Positions 20,251 through 30,637 of a stretch of 64,000 nt of DNA are shown one piece after another. Under the pieces are notes generated by a model. That model saw only the letters and a program-made list of their open reading frames with translations. It did no database searches and was not told the origin of the DNA. Positions within the stretch are counted from its first letter, which is position 1; every line of letters starts with the position of its first letter. A program made the position numbers and the translations under genes. This stretch comes from Promethearchaeota archaeon (GTDB lineage: Archaea; Asgardarchaeota; Lokiarchaeia; Sigyniarchaeales; SOKP01), in NCBI GenBank assembly GCA_030603385.1, contig JAUVXW010000001.1:96001-160000 (forward strand), in the 5' to 3' direction.

Positions 20251-21498
20251 TCACCTCCATTTTCTTTGTGGTTCATCTGACATTACCATCATTGTACATA
20301 AATTAAGGGATCCCCCCCATCCATGACCAATAGCAGTATGTACCGTTTTAGGAACCTGATTACTAGCTTTCCCCATTATTTGGAGTGCTGCTTCAGCAGG
20401 TCTTTCTAAGGCAGAAGCTCCAATTGCGTTTGTTGAATTGACACCTCCAGAACAACATATTGGCAATTCACCTTTTAATGAAGTAATCCCATTTTCATAC
20501 ATCTGTGGAGCCGTAGTCTCTTCGAATAATCCAAGCTTTTCAACCCACATTAATTCTTGATTAGGGAACGGAGAATAAACTTCAGCGTAGTCAATTTCTT
20601 TTCTAGGAAATGAGATTCCTGCCTGACCGTAAGCTAATTCAGCAGACTTCATTGCTCCCAGTTGTTCTGAGGGATCTATTTGTCCTGAACCACTACAATT
20701 ATAACCAAGAACAGCAGTCTCATGGGCAATACTGGATACACCATTTACATAAACAGGAATATCGCACATATTTTTAGCTTTTTCTTCTGTAGTAAATAAA
20801 ACCGCACATGCACCATCGCTAGCCGGACAAACCATCCCATATCTTAATGGATACGAAATATAAGGTGTGTCTAAAACTTGCTCAATTGTAAGATCTGGCA
20901 TTTTCAAATGAGCCCACCATGTTTTTGCTGCATTGCGTCTATTTTGGACGACAACCCTTGCTAAATCCTCTTCCGTTATTTTTGATTTATGCATATAGTT
21001 AGTAGCTTGATAGGAAGCTACACCAATTGCAGCACCGGCAGATAGAATACGGGTTAAACGTTCATATGTAATTCCCAGTGTATTATATACAGTAATTTCA
21101 CCGTATGCTACACTAGCTAGACCAGTAGCGGTGTTGCCCTGACTTTGTTGTTCAAAACCAATAGCAAGAACCGTATCTATTCCAGGTAATCCTGCCGCAA
21201 CCGAATAATACCCCGCAATCGCGACAGTACCTCCCGTAGTACCTCCTGTTGTAACTCGCATTAAAGGTTTATTTCGTGCCCCCATCCAGTCTGTCATCCA
21301 TAATTCAGGAATATTTGCCCCTTCAAATGCAGGCATGTTACCATTTACATAAGCATCAATATCTTCAAAACTTATGCTTGGAACTTTCTTTAAGCAATCT
21401 TCTATTGCTTCGCTTATTAATTCTGGCATATTTACATCGGATCTTTTTGAAGCATGTTCAGTAAAACCAGCTGAAACTATAGCAACTTGTCTTCCCAT
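20251..21498 (-). CDS. Thiolase-fold protein, Ltp3-like (no nucleophilic Cys)
   Basis: MRVTTGGTTGG, CPASDGACA, EVYSPF, GGVNSTNAIGAS, GHGWGG. Start at ATG 21498 after GGAGG. Confidence 0.8.
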   Translation of the reverse strand: MGRQVAIVSAGFTEHASKRSDVNMPELISEAIEDCLKKVPSISFEDIDAYVNGNMPAFEGANIPELWMTDWMGARNKPLMRVTTGGTTGGTVAIAGYYSVAAGLPGIDTVLAIGFEQQSQGNTATGLASVAYGEITVYNTLGITYERLTRILSAGAAIGVASYQATNYMHKSKITEEDLARVVVQNRRNAAKTWWAHLKMPDLTIEQVLDTPYISYPLRYGMVCPASDGACAVLFTTEEKAKNMCDIPVYVNGVSSIAHETAVLGYNCSGSGQIDPSEQLGAMKSAELAYGQAGISFPRKEIDYAEVYSPFPNQELMWVEKLGLFEETTAPQMYENGITSLKGELPICCSGGVNSTNAIGASALERPAEAALQIMGKASNQVPKTVHTAIGHGWGGSLNLCTMMVMSDEPQRKWR

Positions 21499-21499
21499 T

Positions 21500-22642
21500 T
21501 TAATTACTCCCCTCCAATACATATAATATATTATTTTGTGCACACATCCCTATTTGACCGGATGCAATAGCTTTTTTAACACCTTTAACTTGATATCCAT
21601 TAGCTTCTCCTGTGAGTTGTTTAACGGCTTCAATTATTCTTATTATTCCCGTTGCACATGGAGGATTACCTCCTATTGCACCTCCAGAAGGATTTATTGG
21701 CAAATTTCCATTTATTTCGGATTCGATACTAGCACCTTTCCCTTTATCAGCAAATCCTAGTGCTTCAGCAAATATCAATTCTTCATGAGCATAAGCTTCA
21801 AAAAATTCAGCAACATCAATCTCTTCCTTTGGATTTTTTATTCCAGCAGTTTCAAATGCCATTTTACCCGCCTTTTCCATAGATTTGCAAGTTGATAAAT
21901 CTCTATCACCAAGATAATAGGTATCTTGACTATACCCTACACCTGTAATCCAAACGGGGCTATCTGTTATTTTTAAAGCTTGTTTCTCAGGAGCTAATAG
22001 TAAAGCTGCAATACCATCGCAAGGTTGTGCTACCATTAATTCTGTTACTGGATCAGCATAAATTTCTGATTCTAATATATCTTTTACTGTAATATTAGCA
22101 TTTTGAGCTTCTTCTAAGGCTAATGGATTTTTTGCTGCATTTTTCCTATTTTTCACAGACACTTTAGCAATGTCATCAACACTAACCCCATACTTCTCCA
22201 TATATGCTCTCATCTGAAACCCTGCAGAAGTGATATCGTTCACATAAGCTAATGGGCGTTCCCATGTCGGATCTGTTTCATACAATCGAGCAGAATGGTA
22301 TGGAAAACATGAGGCCATGCTTCCCCCCCAAACGACAGCTAATTTATGATTACCTGATAATACTCTCATTAATCCATATAGGACAGCATGAGCACCATCC
22401 ATTTCTACTTTACTTTCATCTGTTAAGTATGATCCTCCAACATCCACTGTAAAACAATTTGAAATAGTTCGACCATCATAATAATCATTTGTGCAAGAAA
22501 CAACGGTAGTTATATCTTTTTTCTTTAGACCAGCTTTATCAATTGCACCTCGCACAGCTTCAAAAATCATTTCATAACGCCCATAATTAGCATCTGAATA
22601 TGATTTGACTTGATTATATCCTACAATACCTACTTTTTCCAT
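21500..22642 (-). CDS. Thiolase-fold protein, Ltp4-like (no nucleophilic Cys)
   Basis: DYYDGRTIS, ESKVEMDGAHA, NPSGGAIGGNP, AQNNILYVLEG. ATG 22642 after AGGTGA. Confidence 0.8.
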   Translation of the reverse strand: MEKVGIVGYNQVKSYSDANYGRYEMIFEAVRGAIDKAGLKKKDITTVVSCTNDYYDGRTISNCFTVDVGGSYLTDESKVEMDGAHAVLYGLMRVLSGNHKLAVVWGGSMASCFPYHSARLYETDPTWERPLAYVNDITSAGFQMRAYMEKYGVSVDDIAKVSVKNRKNAAKNPLALEEAQNANITVKDILESEIYADPVTELMVAQPCDGIAALLLAPEKQALKITDSPVWITGVGYSQDTYYLGDRDLSTCKSMEKAGKMAFETAGIKNPKEEIDVAEFFEAYAHEELIFAEALGFADKGKGASIESEINGNLPINPSGGAIGGNPPCATGIIRIIEAVKQLTGEANGYQVKGVKKAIASGQIGMCAQNNILYVLEGSN

Positions 22643-22657
22643 TTTTTTTATCACCTT

Positions 22658-23119
22658 TCATATTTTCACAAAACCCTTGATATCTGAAGGGTCTCCTTTA
22701 GTTTTTTCTCCCCATTCAATTTTAAATTTCATTCCAATCCGCAGTTCTTCCGGTACTATATTTAGTAATCGATAGATTATCGCTGTATTACTTCCTTCAA
22801 TTTGTACCATGCCCAAAATCTGAGGTTTTTTCACTTTTCTGCTAGATCTATCATTAACTTTATAATGAGTTATTGTGTAATTTTGTAGAGTTCCAGTATT
22901 TGGCAGGGCTACCCAATTTTTATCAAAATCTATCTTTTCATTACATTTCCCACAATATTTCCTAGGTGGTACAAAAACATCTCCACATTTTGGGCATTTA
23001 TTTCCTATTAACTCCTTGTTCTCAAGTGCATCATAAAATTTATCCATGTATTGACCAACCCAAAATGCAAATTCCGCTCTTACAGGTCCTTTATTAGCGA
23101 CTATTATTTTTTCAGACAT
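22658..23119 (-). CDS. DUF35 (Zn-ribbon + OB-fold) protein
   Basis: GNKCPKCGDVFVPPRKYCGKC, GTLQNYT, RIGMK. Confidence 0.88.
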   Translation of the reverse strand: MSEKIIVANKGPVRAEFAFWVGQYMDKFYDALENKELIGNKCPKCGDVFVPPRKYCGKCNEKIDFDKNWVALPNTGTLQNYTITHYKVNDRSSRKVKKPQILGMVQIEGSNTAIIYRLLNIVPEELRIGMKFKIEWGEKTKGDPSDIKGFVKI

Positions 23120-23250
23120 AATTTAACAATTTAATTTTTTGAGATTCAATTGTGATAATTATATGATGTACATATATAAAACATTAATTTGAAAATGAAA
23201 GATATTGAATAAAACAATAGAAAAAAAAATAATAAAGGAGTTTATTTAAA

Positions 23251-24126
23251 TTATCTTTTATAGTTAAGCATAAAGTCAATTAACTCTGAATTTTTTTTAA
23301 AAACTTGTAACTGATTTTTTTTTAGTTTTTCAGTAGCTAATATCTTTAGTTCTTTTAGTTCAATCTCTTTTTCTCCGATCGCTTCACGAAGTATTGGTAA
23401 AAAATCACATATTATATGTAATTCTAAGACTTTGCCTTTGTACTTTTTCACCGCCAAATCACTAGCGAGAAACAAGTAAGCTGGTGATATGAAATCTGGT
23501 GGAACTGTTATAGGCATTTGTTGCCCCCATTTTCTTAAGTCTTCTGCCATTTTAGTTTCTACACCTGCTGGTGTAACAACATTGACATTAATATTATAAG
23601 GTTTTAACTCTAAACTCAAGCATCTTCCCATAGCGGATACTGCTGCTTTAGAAATAGAATATGCTACCTTATTTGGAGGAAAATAAACATTTCCATTAAC
23701 AGAAGACGTCATAACTATGCTCCCACTTTTTTGTTCAATCATTTTTGGTAGAACTTCCTTTATCATAGCATAATAGCTCAATATATTGAGGTTCAATAAC
23801 TTTTGGGCTTCTTCAATAGGAAAATCAACCACAGAAGAAACATGTGTCATCCCTGCGTTATTTATCAATATATCAATCTTATTAAAGTTTTCAAAATAGG
23901 TTTTAGCACATTCCCTAACACCTTCTAAAGTAGATAAATCAGCAGGTATCCCGAGTCCTTTGGTACCATATTTTTCAATTTCTTCAACCACTTGATTCAA
24001 TTCTACACTGGTTCGAGATGCTACAGCAACATTTGCCCCATTATTGGCTAGATCAAGAGCAACTTCTTTTCCAATACCTCGTCCCCCTCCTGTTACTAAA
24101 GAATTCTTTCCTTCAAGTAATTTCAT
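23251..24126 (-). CDS. Short-chain dehydrogenase/reductase
   Basis: TGGGRGIG, INNAG, YSISK (YxxxK). Confidence 0.92.
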   Translation of the reverse strand: MKLLEGKNSLVTGGGRGIGKEVALDLANNGANVAVASRTSVELNQVVEEIEKYGTKGLGIPADLSTLEGVRECAKTYFENFNKIDILINNAGMTHVSSVVDFPIEEAQKLLNLNILSYYAMIKEVLPKMIEQKSGSIVMTSSVNGNVYFPPNKVAYSISKAAVSAMGRCLSLELKPYNINVNVVTPAGVETKMAEDLRKWGQQMPITVPPDFISPAYLFLASDLAVKKYKGKVLELHIICDFLPILREAIGEKEIELKELKILATEKLKKNQLQVFKKNSELIDFMLNYKR

Positions 24127-24331
24127 AAATATAACCACTTTAACTTAAATTTATGTAAATATATTTTAATCTAATTTTGTTGTAGTAATTTAAAAAAGTT
24201 AACTAGATTGCCATCCAATATTCAATAATTCAGTTTTAAAATCTTCATTAAAAACTTTAAATATAATAATGAAAAAAACTAAATTTAAAGCAAAATAAAT
24301 TAACAAAACTATAATAGTCTGTGCTTAAAAT

Positions 24332-25207
24332 ATGTCAGAAGATTACTCATCAAAATTGGTAATAAGTGCTGCTCTTGCGGGATCTATGACCACAAAACAA
24401 CAAAATCCCGCAGTCCCTTATACTCATGAAGAGTTTGGAGATGAAGCAAAAAAGTGTTTGGATGCAGGTGCATCAACAGTTCATATCCACGCAAGAGATC
24501 CTAAAGCAGGATATCCTACGCCTGATTTAGAAAGAATAAAAGCAGTCATAGATAATATTCATGAAAAAGCTCCGGAGATCATCATAAATATAACTAGCTC
24601 AGTAGGTCTTACGCTTGAGCAAAGAGTTGCTCCTACTCAGACATTTAAGCCATTAATCGCTTCATTAAATACGAATTCGATGAATTTTAGTATCGGAAAT
24701 TTTAAAACTGGTGAAATAGTTGGAAATGCTGATGGAGTATTTAGAAACACTTTTCACATAATTCAAACTCTTGCTAAAGCAATGAAAGAAGCTAAAACAA
24801 AACCGGAACTAGAAGTATATGATTTTGGAGGGTTGTATAATATATTATTTCTTAACAAACAAGAAGAGTTATTTGAGCAACCTCTTCATTTCCAATTTGT
24901 ATTTGGAACCTTGGGAGGTGTTCCTTTTTCTTATCAAAATTTAGCAGGTTTTCTCAATTTGATGCCTTCTGGATGTTCATGGAGCGTATGTGGAGTAGCA
25001 AAAGATCAATTTAGGGCAGGTTTATGTGCAGCAGCAATGGGAGGACACATTCGAGTAGGATTAGAAGATAATATTCGCGTCCCAGATGGTCGGTTAGCTA
25101 AAGGTTCATGGGAACAAGTAGAATGGGCTGCAAAAGTGGCAAAACTAGCAGGAAGAGAAGTAGCAACTCCAGATGAAACACGCAAAATTTTCAATTTGTT
25201 ACAATAA
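24332..25207 (+). CDS. Beta-keto acid cleavage enzyme (BKACE/Kce, DUF849)
   Basis: NPAVPYT.EE, VHIHARD, KPELEVYD, GGHIRVGLEDN. Confidence 0.92.
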   Translation: MSEDYSSKLVISAALAGSMTTKQQNPAVPYTHEEFGDEAKKCLDAGASTVHIHARDPKAGYPTPDLERIKAVIDNIHEKAPEIIINITSSVGLTLEQRVAPTQTFKPLIASLNTNSMNFSIGNFKTGEIVGNADGVFRNTFHIIQTLAKAMKEAKTKPELEVYDFGGLYNILFLNKQEELFEQPLHFQFVFGTLGGVPFSYQNLAGFLNLMPSGCSWSVCGVAKDQFRAGLCAAAMGGHIRVGLEDNIRVPDGRLAKGSWEQVEWAAKVAKLAGREVATPDETRKIFNLLQ

Positions 25208-25369
25208 GCTGAAATAATTTAAAGTTTAACCAATTATTACTTTTTATATTTACTCTTTTATCCAATTAACGTTGGTGTCTTTTGCAAGAGTAAAATCATG
25301 TTATATGTAAGAATTTATTTAAAGGAAATCAATAACATTAAAGAAAAAGAAAAAAAATTATTAAAATAA

Positions 25370-25972
25370 CTAAAAAGTAAATCCTTCAGGTAACTCAGAT
25401 TCAGATGTTCCTTCTAGGACGAACATTAAATCCATAATTGTATAAGTTGGAGTTTTTGTTCGAAAGATTGGAACAATTTTTTTCCCAATTTCAGGCTCTC
25501 CAACTGCTAGAACGCTCATAAGAATTGTAACAACCTCTTCATCAAATTCAACATTAATGAATTTTATAGGTATGGGTAGTGTGTTGAAAGCTCCAGACCG
25601 ATGAGTTACGATAAAAGAATGGATTGTTGCGGTTTTTCGAGCTTTATCGGATATATCAATAGGTGTTGCTCTTCTCAAACAATCAGGGCAAAAAATTCTG
25701 AAAGGTTCATAAATAGAGCCTTTTGTATCGCATTTATCATTATCGCATCTTGAAGCCATGAGTTTACCTTTCCCAAGAGATTCAAAAAATATAGCTTCAC
25801 CACCATAAGAGTGTATAAAGGTCATATCACGTGGGTTTGTTACACCTGCTAATTTTCCAGTATCTTTATTAAAAATTGGTTGATTTGCTTCCGGAATGTG
25901 AAACACTCCTCTCGGTTTATATCTACCATTGACTATATCAACAAAACCTTTTTCATTATCTTTTTTCACCAT
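25370..25972 (-). CDS. DUF35 (Zn-ribbon + OB-fold) protein
   Basis: HSYGGE..FF, RCDNDKC...PFRIFCPDC; coupled to the upstream thiolase-fold gene. ATG 25972 after GGAGG. Confidence 0.82.
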   Translation of the reverse strand: MVKKDNEKGFVDIVNGRYKPRGVFHIPEANQPIFNKDTGKLAGVTNPRDMTFIHSYGGEAIFFESLGKGKLMASRCDNDKCDTKGSIYEPFRIFCPDCLRRATPIDISDKARKTATIHSFIVTHRSGAFNTLPIPIKFINVEFDEEVVTILMSVLAVGEPEIGKKIVPIFRTKTPTYTIMDLMFVLEGTSESELPEGFTF

Positions 25973-25974
25973 TA

Positions 25975-27396
25975 TTAATCCTCCTTTATTAAATAATTTG
26001 GATCCATTAAAATAGTACAAGTTACATGAGACCCTACTCCGGCATGGCTTATAGCTAATCCTCTTTTTGCTCCTTTAACTTGTAGACTTTCCCAATCTTT
26101 TGGTTTTTCCCTTCTAAAAGCTTTCCATTTCTCCTCAGGTTCATGAATTTCATCCCATCGGTTCCAGATATGGTAACCTATCTCTGCTATTTGCATAAGA
26201 CCTGTCGCTCCTACAGCATGCATACATCCTATTAACCCTCCACATGGATTGCTAGGTAGTTTTCCTGGTTTCTTAGTATTTGGGTTAATAACATACGCAT
26301 CTCCACTTTCAATATATTTTCTTCCTTCTCCATAAGGTCTTATCCCAATATCTTCATACGTCTGAATATCACTTATAGTAAATGCATCATGAAGCTCAAC
26401 CACATCAAGATCTTCACTAGGATCAATGACACCAGACATATTGTAAGCATAATAAGCAGAAATTCTAGCTGCCAAGAAACTCGTGAATCCAGGATAACGA
26501 TCTGCACCTGGAAATCTTTTCCCTAAATTGTCGTATTGTCCTTTTGTTTCATTAGGTAATAGTGGTATTTTCATATCACGACGATCTGCCACTCTTAGAG
26601 TATGGCTCCCCGCAGCAATGTAAATCCTTAGTGGTTTGTCTGTAATTTCATAAGCCGTCTTTTCATCACAAACTATTCCGCACGCAGAACCAACGCTCAT
26701 TAAGCAACAGTCTAAAACACGAAGAGGATATGCAACTATAGGAGAGTTAACCACATCCTCTACAGTAATATCCATCGGTCCTTGAGCATGTGGGTTCATT
26801 CTAGCATATCCTCGATTTTTAACTGCTATTTCTGCCATAGTGTTACGAAACGACTCTTCTTCCTTACCAAAGATTTTCCAATATCTCTGAGCCATGACCG
26901 CATAATAACCTGTATAAATATGTCCAAGAGGCGTTTCCCAATCCTTATCTGCTGCTGCTGAAATAAGATGATTACCCTCATCTGTTGGTACCTCATCCAT
27001 CCTCTCCCATCCTAATGCCAGAGTACAATCACTATATCCAGAAGCAACAGCTTTCACAGCTTCCCACATAGCAGAACCACCTGTGGCTCCCCCCGTCTTC
27101 ACACCTATATTACCTAGTGGATCCAACCCAAGTCTATCATGAATTACTGCTTCTCCAAGTAGTTGATCTCCAAAATGGTCAGCAAAATGACCATAATAAC
27201 AAGTGTGAATATATTGTTTCAGTTCGGTAGGAGTCATTTTAACGAAATCTGCTGCTGCTGTCAATGCTTCAACACATAATTCCTCAGTTCGAGTTTCAGG
27301 AAATGCCCGATCAAATTTTGACATTCCAGCTGTAGCTAAATACACAGGTCGCATTAATTTGGGTATTCTTAATTGCTTATCGCTAAATTTAATCAT
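25975..27396 (-). CDS. SCP2-type thiolase-fold protein lacking the nucleophilic Cys
   Basis: KTGGATGG at the CASG position, VVELHDAF, NPCGGL...HAVGATG, SHAG. Confidence 0.82.
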   Translation of the reverse strand: MIKFSDKQLRIPKLMRPVYLATAGMSKFDRAFPETRTEELCVEALTAAADFVKMTPTELKQYIHTCYYGHFADHFGDQLLGEAVIHDRLGLDPLGNIGVKTGGATGGSAMWEAVKAVASGYSDCTLALGWERMDEVPTDEGNHLISAAADKDWETPLGHIYTGYYAVMAQRYWKIFGKEEESFRNTMAEIAVKNRGYARMNPHAQGPMDITVEDVVNSPIVAYPLRVLDCCLMSVGSACGIVCDEKTAYEITDKPLRIYIAAGSHTLRVADRRDMKIPLLPNETKGQYDNLGKRFPGADRYPGFTSFLAARISAYYAYNMSGVIDPSEDLDVVELHDAFTISDIQTYEDIGIRPYGEGRKYIESGDAYVINPNTKKPGKLPSNPCGGLIGCMHAVGATGLMQIAEIGYHIWNRWDEIHEPEEKWKAFRREKPKDWESLQVKGAKRGLAISHAGVGSHVTCTILMDPNYLIKED

Positions 27397-27709
27397 ATTG
27401 TTTTCACTTCTTAGAATTTCTATATTCGTATAATTTTAGAATTTTGTTTTCCTATAAATTTGATATTTTATTGTTATGTTTTATTTTGATTAAAAGATTT
27501 CTAATTAAAACAATTGAATTATAGTGGGAAAAAAATCCTATTTTTAAAAAAAGGAGAATCTTATAATTTACTTCTTGAATGAACTTAGACTGTTAATCAT
27601 ATCTGTTATTTAAAGAATATATTATTCAAGGTAAATGTTTATTTTAAATTCAAATTTAAATAATATTGTAAAAATTTCATTAATTTTACAAATAGTTAGA
27701 TGATAAATT

Positions 27710-29044
27710 ATGGATACGAGAATTTCTGAGTTTGAACCCATCCGAATCCAACGATATGTTCCTGAATTGGATTTATTGAGTAATCCTGTTTTGAATGCAA
27801 AAGAAAAGGAATTTTTGGCCGATTTATATGATTTTATGGAAAAAGAACTCGATCCTGAGTTAAGAAAATTAGAGAATCTTAATTATTATGTAGAGGAACC
27901 AACCCAAGACAAGAAGAGGGAAATAGTAATTGGGATCATGAGAAAATTAGCAGAGAAAGGATATTACTCTACAGTACTTAATACTGAGAATTATGAAGTT
28001 GGCAGAATTACCAGAAATGCTCTTATAGCCTTTGCAATATGTGGGGGGCGATGGAGCGAATATAGTGAAAAGTATATAGCTGGGAATTACAGTATCGAAA
28101 TGGGAAGATTATCGGGAGGTACACTTTATTGTAACCCCATAAGTTATGCTTCTGATGAGGCACAGAAAGAACGATTTTTAGTGCCAGTTGCTAATGATGG
28201 TCAAATTGGAGCTTCAGCAATGACAGAATTTAATGCAGGTTCAGATATTTTTAGTATGGAATTGAGATTACATGAAAAGGATAATAAATTAATTGCAAAA
28301 GGCAAGAAATTATTTATTACTAATGGTATGATCGCTGATTTTATAGTTCTCTATGGACGATTGGATAATGGACAATTAGCTGCTGTAGTAGTTGATACTG
28401 AACATCAGAAATTAAGGAATTTCAGAAGTACTAGAGTAAGAACATATGGAATGACAGATGCTTTTGTAAGTCGTTTGATCTTTGATAGAGTAGAGCTCCC
28501 AAAAGAAAATATGCTTCACGGTCATGGACTTGATATTGCATTTCACCAATTAACTGAGGAGAGATTAGTCATTAGCGCTGAAGCACTTGGAGATGCAATG
28601 AAAAAACTCCTTTATTCTCATGCTTATGCTCTTCAGCGTATGCAATTTGAAAAAAGACTACACCAATATCAAGTTATTCGATTTCCTATTTCTAAAAAAA
28701 TCCGAGAACTAAATCTAATGTTTTCAGCATTAATCCAATATACAAGACAAATGGATGAGCATCCAGAATTAGGAAGTTCTAAATTAATGGCTGCTAATGC
28801 TATGGGGTTAAAAATTAGCTCTACTGAATTAGGATTTGAGAGTGCCATCCATTGCTTCAGAACCCTAGGAGGACGCGGATTCACCCGTCAATATGCTAAC
28901 GAAATAGGCTTGTTAGATCCCTATTGTATGCTTCACGGAGGAGGCTCTAATTATGTTTTAGAGGATAGTGAATCGCGAAGATTCTTTAAACATAAACCTA
29001 CCAGAAGAGAAGTCGAGGATATTATTCCGAAAATAGACTATTAA
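27710..29044 (+). CDS. Acyl-CoA dehydrogenase (IVD/LCAD-type catalytic Glu)
   Basis: AMTEFNAGSD, GKKLFITNG, LTEERL, RMQF..L..YQVI, LGGRGF, GGGSN. Confidence 0.88.
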   Translation: MDTRISEFEPIRIQRYVPELDLLSNPVLNAKEKEFLADLYDFMEKELDPELRKLENLNYYVEEPTQDKKREIVIGIMRKLAEKGYYSTVLNTENYEVGRITRNALIAFAICGGRWSEYSEKYIAGNYSIEMGRLSGGTLYCNPISYASDEAQKERFLVPVANDGQIGASAMTEFNAGSDIFSMELRLHEKDNKLIAKGKKLFITNGMIADFIVLYGRLDNGQLAAVVVDTEHQKLRNFRSTRVRTYGMTDAFVSRLIFDRVELPKENMLHGHGLDIAFHQLTEERLVISAEALGDAMKKLLYSHAYALQRMQFEKRLHQYQVIRFPISKKIRELNLMFSALIQYTRQMDEHPELGSSKLMAANAMGLKISSTELGFESAIHCFRTLGGRGFTRQYANEIGLLDPYCMLHGGGSNYVLEDSESRRFFKHKPTRREVEDIIPKIDY

Positions 29045-29173
29045 TTATAGTCTCCTGAGAATTGCATAAAATTTCTATAAATATTAAACTTCTATATTCT
29101 AACTTTATTTTAGTTTTATTATAAATCTTAAGAGAATAAATTATTAAATATATTGACCTAATTATTATAGATA

Positions 29174-30148
29174 ATGGTTTCTTACGACACTCAAAGCTTT
29201 GATATCACCCATTTAGTCGATCAATATCGAGGGAAGAAATTAGAAGAACTATATCAAGAAAATCATCATATTATTACCAATGAAATGGGAGAATTCATGG
29301 AATTAATTTGGCAAGAAGATAACTTTCCTTGCGATTTAAAGCTTTATCTAACTAGAAAAAAGTTGTTATATAACCTAAAAACAGTCCATTACATTGGGGA
29401 ATTTATAGAAAATAGGTTAAAAGGTAGAGGAATAAAAACACTAAAAGACTTGAGATTTTTAAATTTGAGATACTGGGAGTCTGCTAATTACATTTTGGAA
29501 TTAATAAAGAAAAAAGATTATGAAAGTCTTAAGAAAAATAGGTACATTGATGACTTAGATGTTGGTTTTTGTTTTAACATTGGAGATTTACTTTTTCTTG
29601 ATATTGAAACGTTAGGGTTGTATAATAATGCCATAATTATTGTAGGAATTGGTTTTTTCAAAAATCAAAAATACGAAATCCACCTTTTTTTTGCACGTAG
29701 TTTAGAAGAGGAAATAGCTATTTGTGAGCATCTAAAAACGGAAATTCTTCCTAGTTTTAAATGTTTTGTCTCATATAATGGAAAGCGATTTGATATTCCT
29801 TACATAGCTAATCGTTTTCTATATTATTTTGATGAAAATCCCATGATCTCTGAAGAAGATACTCCTTATGAAATTAGCAATACAAAATTTCATCATATTG
29901 ATCTTTATCACATTTGCCGCCGAAGATTTAGAGGAATGTTTGAAAGATATACACTTACAAACATTGAAGAGCAATTGTTAAAATTGCGAAGGCAAAATGA
30001 GCTTCCAAGTAGTATGGTGCCTGTGTGTTATAAAAAATATCAAAAAAATCCTAATAGATATATTGGATTAATTAAAGAGTGCATAGAGCACAATTATTAT
30101 GATGTCTATTCGATGCCACTAATCTTAAATAAATTATTGGAAGTATAA
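29174..30148 (+). CDS. YprB-like RNase H-fold (RNase_H_2) exonuclease with HhH-like motif
   Basis: FLDIETLG, SYNGKRFDIPY, HIDLYH, LTNIE, HNYYDV; VHYIGE.IE.RL..RGI. Confidence 0.85.
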   Translation: MVSYDTQSFDITHLVDQYRGKKLEELYQENHHIITNEMGEFMELIWQEDNFPCDLKLYLTRKKLLYNLKTVHYIGEFIENRLKGRGIKTLKDLRFLNLRYWESANYILELIKKKDYESLKKNRYIDDLDVGFCFNIGDLLFLDIETLGLYNNAIIIVGIGFFKNQKYEIHLFFARSLEEEIAICEHLKTEILPSFKCFVSYNGKRFDIPYIANRFLYYFDENPMISEEDTPYEISNTKFHHIDLYHICRRRFRGMFERYTLTNIEEQLLKLRRQNELPSSMVPVCYKKYQKNPNRYIGLIKECIEHNYYDVYSMPLILNKLLEV

Positions 30149-30256
30149 TACAAAAATATCAAGAAGATATACAATACCAATAAAAGATATGCTAAGTAAT
30201 TATAAAAATCAGAAGAAATGATTTCCTAATTTATAATTTTTAAGAAAAGAAGAAGA

Positions 30257-30637
30257 TTATTCCTTTTTATTTTTTAATACTCGTTCAATTATGGTGTAAA
30301 CATCATCATCTTTGAACGGCTTTTTAATATAGTCTTTTGCTCCTTTTTCAGTAGCTTCTACAATAGATAATTCTTGTCCCATCGCACTAACAACAATTAT
30401 ATTTGCGGATTTATCAAATTTCATTATATCTTCAATCGCTTGAAGACCGTCATAATTAGGCATAACTAAATCCATGGTTACTAAGTCTGGCTTTAAATCT
30501 TTATATAATGATACAGCATCTTCTCCATTAGAAGCTTCCCCGATAACTTCAGCAAAATCCATTTTCCCTATAATTTTTTTAATTTTATTTCTTACAAATG
30601 TTGCATCATCAACTATCAATATTTTTGACTTCTTAAT
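30257..30637 (-). CDS. Single-domain response regulator (CheY-like)
   Basis: ILIVDD, TMDLVMP (phosphoacceptor Asp), VSA, YIKKPF. The full first beta-strand needs the in-frame ATT at 30637. Confidence 0.92.
   Translation of the reverse strand: MKKSKILIVDDATFVRNKIKKIIGKMDFAEVIGEASNGEDAVSLYKDLKPDLVTMDLVMPNYDGLQAIEDIMKFDKSANIIVVSAMGQELSIVEATEKGAKDYIKKPFKDDDVYTIIERVLKNKKE

Noticed and set aside
25249-25293. 9-bp stem (TTTACTCTT/AAGAGTAAA) downstream of BKACE as a SECIS-like element
   Set aside because: No kink-turn AUGA/GA core and no in-frame TGA candidate selenoprotein nearby; more likely chance or a terminator between convergent genes.
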